NCBI GenBank assembly: GCA_034189385.1
Contig: JAXHVD010000012.1
Location: forward strand, 80,657 to 144,656
DNA length: 64,000 nt
Reading direction: 5' to 3'
Origin: Thermodesulfobacteriota bacterium
GTDB lineage: Bacteria; Desulfobacterota; Desulfobacteria; Desulfobacterales; C00003060
Shown here: piece after piece, positions 59,805 through 64,000 of the stretch
Position numbering within the stretch: position 1 is the first letter of the stretch
Layout of the letters: the number at the start of each line of letters is the position of its first letter
Notes under the pieces: generated by a model
Databases searched by the model: none
Told to the model about the DNA's origin: nothing
What the model saw: only the letters and a program-made list of their open reading frames with translations
Program-made: the position numbers and the translations under genes

Positions 59805-59870
59805 GTATCACCTCGGTATTTTTTTCTATAACCGTATGCCAATACGTACGCTTTGTCAGGTTTGATTTTA

Positions 59871-59991
59871 GCATAACACGCCGCGGATTAGCCCCAAGCA
59901 GGCAGGCAAGCTTGCCGGAAGGCGCTGGGCGCGAGAATCCGCTGGTTGTGAGGCGCTTCGCGCCGAGCAGCCGGCAGATGAAAGACGCGGC
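59871..59991 (-). repeat. attC-like direct repeat, copy 1
   Basis: Minus strand ...TCACAAC CAGCGGATTC...GCTAATCCGCGGCGT GTTATGC; 113 bp shared with 60958-61078. Confidence 0.6.
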
Positions 59992-60018
59992 GCCCTGATA
60001 GTCCGCGCTGTCTTTTGA

Positions 60019-60918
60019 TTACACCTCGACCCATGGATAATCTTTCACTGTCGGAAATCGTTCTTTCATGCCCCATAGTACTTTGGGATGTTTAAAGCAG
60101 TCTCGCACATCTATTTCAGGTATTTCCTTTTCTCCAAGCGGATTCTTAATGAAGAAAGCATTGTACCCATAACGGTTACAGCCAACCAACCGATAACCTT
60201 TTGCTTTCGCAAGCTTTACGAAAGCTGGTAATGACGCACCACAGAAGTTAGGCATACCAAGCGTTGTGGGATGCTCATAAGCATTGAAGGTATCGCTGTA
60301 TGGCACTGTTAAGGCTTTATCTGGACCAACAATGTCTTGGTATTCAACTACAACAACTCGGGGTTCAATAACCTTTATAGCGTCCCATATCCAGTAATCT
60401 ACGCCGTCCATGTCAATGGATAGAAGATCGATTTCTCCACCAAAACCGTTCTCCCTTATGACTTCATTTACATTGTCTCGCGTTAACCAACAATGGGCAA
60501 AGGTTGGGGGATATACATAGGTATGAGGATTTTGCTTGTAGAATTGTATACCCTGTTTGACTCGGGCTTCGTTACCATCGACAAGTAGTCCATGCCATCC
60601 ATGATTGATAATCAAGTTCGACGTGTTACATTCAATACCATTTCCAGCACAAATCTCCACAGCTGTTTTTGTCGCAGACCCAATTATGGAGAAGATGTAG
60701 AGCAAAATGCCGTCCTCATCTGTCTGTGAAAACACTTTGAATCCAGCTTCACTTAGAGCCGGTAATGCGCCACCCGATTTAACTATTGTCCCATACATAT
60801 ACTTAAGTTGAAGCTGGGAAGCAGCATCAGGGTACTGAATGGTTCTGCTCCTCTGAACGAGAGGGGCAATCAAAAATTCTCGAATCCGATACGCAAGTCT
60901 CTTAACTATGTTCATCAT
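60019..60918 (-). CDS. Conserved hypothetical protein, FkbM-like SAM-methyltransferase fold
   Basis: FSQTDEDGIL, VEICAGNG.ECNT, GLLVDG, LLSIDMDGVDYWIW, VVVEY, GYRLVG...NAFF. Confidence 0.78.
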   Translation of the reverse strand: MMNIVKRLAYRIREFLIAPLVQRSRTIQYPDAASQLQLKYMYGTIVKSGGALPALSEAGFKVFSQTDEDGILLYIFSIIGSATKTAVEICAGNGIECNTSNLIINHGWHGLLVDGNEARVKQGIQFYKQNPHTYVYPPTFAHCWLTRDNVNEVIRENGFGGEIDLLSIDMDGVDYWIWDAIKVIEPRVVVVEYQDIVGPDKALTVPYSDTFNAYEHPTTLGMPNFCGASLPAFVKLAKAKGYRLVGCNRYGYNAFFIKNPLGEKEIPEIDVRDCFKHPKVLWGMKERFPTVKDYPWVEV

Positions 60919-60950
60919 CTTCCTCGATCTTTGTTTTTGGTTGTTCTGCA

Positions 60951-61078
60951 GGCCAATCGCCGCGGATTAGCCCCAAGCGGGCAGGCAGGCAAGCTTGCTT
61001 GCCGGAACGCGCTGGGCGCGAGAATCCGCTGGTTGTGAGGCGCTTCGCGCCGAGCAGCCGGCAGATGAAAGACGCGGC
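60951..61078 (-). repeat. attC-like direct repeat, copy 2
   Basis: Same as copy 1 with two 4-nt duplications (GGCA, TTGC) and a degenerate right box G(A)TTGGCC. Confidence 0.55.
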
Positions 61079-61465
61079 AGATCGGCCTCCCATACGGCAA
61101 TAAACCTTCCCTTCTGTGAACTTACAAGATTGTCGACATAGCTTACTGCACCACGTTCTGTGCCTCTTGTCCATTCCTTATCATCACTTATTATCTCTAT
61201 TGCGCTTTCAAGCGCTTTGAGCGCATAAAGCGCGGCATCACGACCATTGCTATCACGTCGGTCAATGGCGGCCTCCTTGATATCAATGTCGACGTTTTTG
61301 AATTTGGGGTCCTTGACAATACTCCAAAACGGCTCATAAACCTGTTTTTCAACTATCTCATCATTGCCAAACTGGCATATGCCGTCATGATATTGAAAAG
61401 GAAGGCGAGGTTCCCGAAGCCGATGGTTTAATTCGCTGACCGCTTCACGAAATGCTTTTTCCTTG
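61079..61465 (-). pseudogene. Internal fragment of an AbiJ/Abi_C-like protein
   Basis: AVSELNHRLR...YHDG...PFWSIV...KEAAIDRRD..GRDAALYALKALES..IISD...TRGTERGA..YVDNL; both ends are missing. The family call is from recollection. Confidence 0.55.
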
Positions 61466-61671
61466 CCAAGCTGTCGAATTGCTATCATGAACACGCCACG
61501 GATTGGTATTTCCATGCCTTACAACGCCCATTTCACCCTCAAAAGGCCGCCCGTAAGGAACAACCGGCCTCCCTCCTCAGCTCATACCCGTCTCTTGTCG
61601 CGACAGCTTCCCTCCCGCTTGCCCTGACCCCAAGCTTCTCCAGGCACGTAATGACGATTTGCTCTTGGCAT
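61465..61671 (-). pseudogene. Internally deleted REP-associated tyrosine (Y1/RAYT-like) transposase relic
   Basis: N-terminus MPRANRHYVPG fused to C-terminal-like KLGVRASGR...GYELR...EGEMGVVRHGNT; the HUH core is absent. Recognition is from recollection. Confidence 0.55.
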
Positions 61672-61890
61672 AACGCTACACCTATCCTGATCTTAGAAGT
61701 CCCATTCCAATATCAAAAACTCCGTTCTAAGGCCGCTTTATGGACAATTTTCCGCACCATATCGTGGCATCTCAACCATTTGCCATGGGCGACCCAAAGA
61801 AAAAAAACGTTAGAGGTTTTCTCCCATGTTTCCCTATAGATTTGAACACCACAGTCCGCACACTGAAACGAAACTGCAAAACTAAAGGGC

Positions 61891-62196
61891 TCACCGCTTT
61901 TTCCCGCTCTTTTCTTTGGAAATGATTCTGAAGGTTTCCTCGTAGATGCGTTTCCGGGGTCCAAGGGCTACGATTTCAATGCGATCCCCCTTGGCAATGC
62001 GATAAATAATCCTGAAGCGGCTCACCCGAAAACTCCGCAGGCCGGAAACCTCGTCCTTCAGGGCTTTCCCAGAGTGAGGCTCCCGCAGCGTAGCCTCCAA
62101 GGAACCCCTGACCTTCCTTTTGAGTTGAGGATGCATTCCCCGCATGAGGGTTGCAATCTGACCGGGTACTCTGATCTTGAGAGGTTTGGGCACCAT
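61891..62196 (-). CDS. relE: RelE/ParE-family toxin
   Basis: PHSGKAL...SGLRSFRVSRFRIIYRI...IVALGPRKRIYE. Confidence 0.88.
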   Translation of the reverse strand: MVPKPLKIRVPGQIATLMRGMHPQLKRKVRGSLEATLREPHSGKALKDEVSGLRSFRVSRFRIIYRIAKGDRIEIVALGPRKRIYEETFRIISKEKSGKKR

Positions 62197-62197
62197 C

Positions 62198-62458
62198 CTA
62201 GGTGAGGAGCTCTTCTAGGGTGTAGAGTTTTGCCTTCTTTTTCTTCAAGGCAGATAGCCCCTTTTCTATTTCCGCCATGAGCGCCGCATCAGAACGCACC
62301 ATGTGGCTCTCTTTCCAGGCCTCAAACTCGTCCGGACTCACCAGCACAGCAGCAGGGCGACCGTTTTTTGTGATGAGAATCTCTTGGTCCGTCGTACTGA
62401 CATCATCGATGAGTTGGCTCAACTTCATCTTGGCCTCGGAGACGGATAAGGCTTTCAT
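62198..62458 (-). CDS. Phd/YefM-family antitoxin paired with RelE
   Basis: SVSEAKMKLSQLID, ILITKNGRPAAVLVSPDEFE. Confidence 0.92.
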   Translation of the reverse strand: MKALSVSEAKMKLSQLIDDVSTTDQEILITKNGRPAAVLVSPDEFEAWKESHMVRSDAALMAEIEKGLSALKKKKAKLYTLEELLT

Positions 62459-62497
62459 GAGGATTGACCTCCATTCAAGTTGACCAGAATTTAAACC

Positions 62498-62526
62498 AGT
62501 TTAGGGGTGCGGCTCCGAAACGTCAA
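62498..62526 (-). promoter_or_regulatory. Sigma70 promoter of the Phd-RelE operon
   Basis: TTGACG-17 nt-TAAACT, followed by CTGGTTTAAATTCTGGTC and a GGAGG RBS. Confidence 0.7.
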
Positions 62527-62570
62527 GTGAAATCCCCGGCTCCGTGATGCTTCAGTCGGAGAGCATCTTA

Positions 62571-62689
62571 TTGAACCCTCCCCGTGGCAAGCCACGGAGA
62601 ATCTTCACCGTAAGGATGATGTCTTTTTAACTATACACTCGCTAACCCCGCCGCAAGCAGCGGGGAATGCGCTCGCTTATTCGGTTCAA
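62571..62689 (+). mobile_element. Hairpin element, copy D (diverged, 119 bp)
   Basis: TTGAACCCTCCCCGTGGCAAGCCACGGAGAATCTTCACCGTAAGGA...CCCCGCCGCAAGCAGCGGGGAATGCGCTCGCTTATTCGGTTCAA. Confidence 0.8.
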
Positions 62690-63181
62690 CCCCACTCTTT
62701 CCTCCCCCCTCATCCTGACCTTTCAACCTTTCACAACACCCGAAACAGCTCGAAACTTAGTTTCTTAACAGCGTCACCATGCTTCCCATGGTTCCCTGGT
62801 TCCACTTACAGATCAGCCATGGGTAAACCCCCATCAACCACAAATCTGAAAAGGAAGATATAACCGGGTTATCTCGCATTTTGGTTGGTCTTAAAAGGCA
62901 GGTATAATCGGGCATTATCTATAAGCTGCTGAAAATCAAAGTATTCAACCTTCAGCGAAAGCATATGGCACTCGTGATATAGCCGATTTGTCTCGGGCAC
63001 TTGGAGGTCATGAGTTCAGATGGACGACAGAACGATTTATTCGCGGACTTGTGCCCACTCCATCAATGGATGACAAAAAATACAAACTATGGAATCAATT
63101 GACAAGCAATCCTGTCACAGTAGAGTGCTTAGGTACTTTGGTCGTTGTCGATAATCGCGCAATCGGATCAACCCATACAAG

Positions 63182-63853
63182 CTATTTCCTTTTGCAGAGA
63201 CATATTAGTCCATACCGACAAAATGGGGCCAGGATCCTTGGCATACTGGTCTCCAGCATACGCAAAGTCTTAGCCGTGCTGAGTGAATTACCGAATAATT
63301 GCTCAAACTCATCCCTTGTAAATATGCGTAGAGCAAATAGAGAAAACACACAGTCCATCTGAGATACAGTGTTTCTCCACCATCCCAAATTCTGTGAACA
63401 GCCGTACAACTTTGCAGGGGGCAGGCTTGACGATCTTTTCCTTGTGCATTGAGATTCCGCGGTAGGCTGCTTGAAAATTGTCCTTATCATTCTAAAAGCT
63501 TTGCGTAGTGCATGGCCCGAAACACCAACACGTAAATCCGTCATGATACAGCAGTGCTTTTTGGGGACCAAAACCCTCAATAACTCTGCTACCGCCTGTT
63601 TCTGGTCAGATTCTGGGACATGTTGGATCGTATACCCAGATACAATGCCATCAAAAACGTTGTCACTAAAAGGCAATCGACAGATATCCGCCATACAATA
63701 GAATCCCTTTTTCCCCACCTTAGAAGCCGCCTCTTGTAACCCAGCAAGTGATATGTCGACGCAGACACGATACTTGTAAAACCAGGAATAAGCCAGATAC
63801 TCAGGATGGGGTATCGCACCGCTTGCAGCGTCCAATAGAAATTCGCCACCCAA
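63182..63853 (-). CDS. Class I SAM-dependent methyltransferase, possibly 5'-truncated
   Basis: LLDAASG, CVDIS, ADICRLPF...FDGIV, LLRVL. No good ATG or RBS, and an in-frame stop lies about 15 codons upstream. Confidence 0.7.
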   Translation of the reverse strand: MGGEFLLDAASGAIPHPEYLAYSWFYKYRVCVDISLAGLQEAASKVGKKGFYCMADICRLPFSDNVFDGIVSGYTIQHVPESDQKQAVAELLRVLVPKKHCCIMTDLRVGVSGHALRKAFRMIRTIFKQPTAESQCTRKRSSSLPPAKLYGCSQNLGWWRNTVSQMDCVFSLFALRIFTRDEFEQLFGNSLSTAKTLRMLETSMPRILAPFCRYGLICLCKRK

Positions 63854-64000
63854 GAGGTGATCTAGAAATGATAAATGAGACGGCGCGTTTCTGAATCAAT
63901 GACCCAAAGAGCGGGTCTATTACACTACAAGGCATGGGGTTAATGATGTGGTAAACTGCTGGCAGGGATCCTGAGACGGATCGCGGCCGTGGCGGTTCAC

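Noticed and set aside
60967..61515. 182-aa ORF as an intact gene, and GTTGTAA near 61520 as an attC right box
   Set aside because: The ORF is chimeric (RAYT-like tail, Abi-like fragment, repeat read-through), and the GTT lies within the transposase relic.
62988..63362. 124-aa plus-strand ORF
   Set aside because: About half is antisense to the methyltransferase gene; no recognisable motif.

Overview
Bacterial chromosomal window, probably from a Desulfobacterota (deltaproteobacterial) organism; this is an inference from gene content and repeat style. (1) 1-4.6 kb: start of the dcw cluster on the minus strand (mltG, mraZ, rsmH, ftsL, and ftsI cut by the window edge), with 10-bp-periodic MraZ boxes. 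(2) 4.8-9.5 kb: a decayed hybrid kinase, then a divergent block of secreted proteins. A sigma54 promoter and c-di-GMP-I riboswitch precede an Fn3/Ca-repeat surface protein; on the other strand a chagasin (I42) inhibitor precedes a papain-family peptidase that lacks a propeptide. (3) 10-43 kb: a large surface-glycan locus with a wHTH regulator and palindromic operator, fcl, gmd, a decayed plus an intact wzm/wzt pair, sulfotransferases, GT8/GT11/GT4/many GT2 enzymes, Galf-type enzymes, a TagF-like protein, a TMTC-like TPR protein, and an unusual NDK-like+ParB-like gene coupled to a nucleotidyltransferase-like gene. (4) 43-51 kb: housekeeping-type genes plus a sixA / hydrolase / long LOG(SLOG) / PIN-like run. 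(5) 51-64 kb: a decaying accessory region with a hybrid sensor kinase, three toxin-antitoxin modules, attC-like sites without an integrase, gene relics and a RAYT relic. Several families of short non-autonomous repeats are scattered through the window, and some carry nested micro-insertions built from 23-29 nt units. No rRNA, tRNA or CRISPR array was seen. All calls come from reading motifs by eye; no database searches were run.
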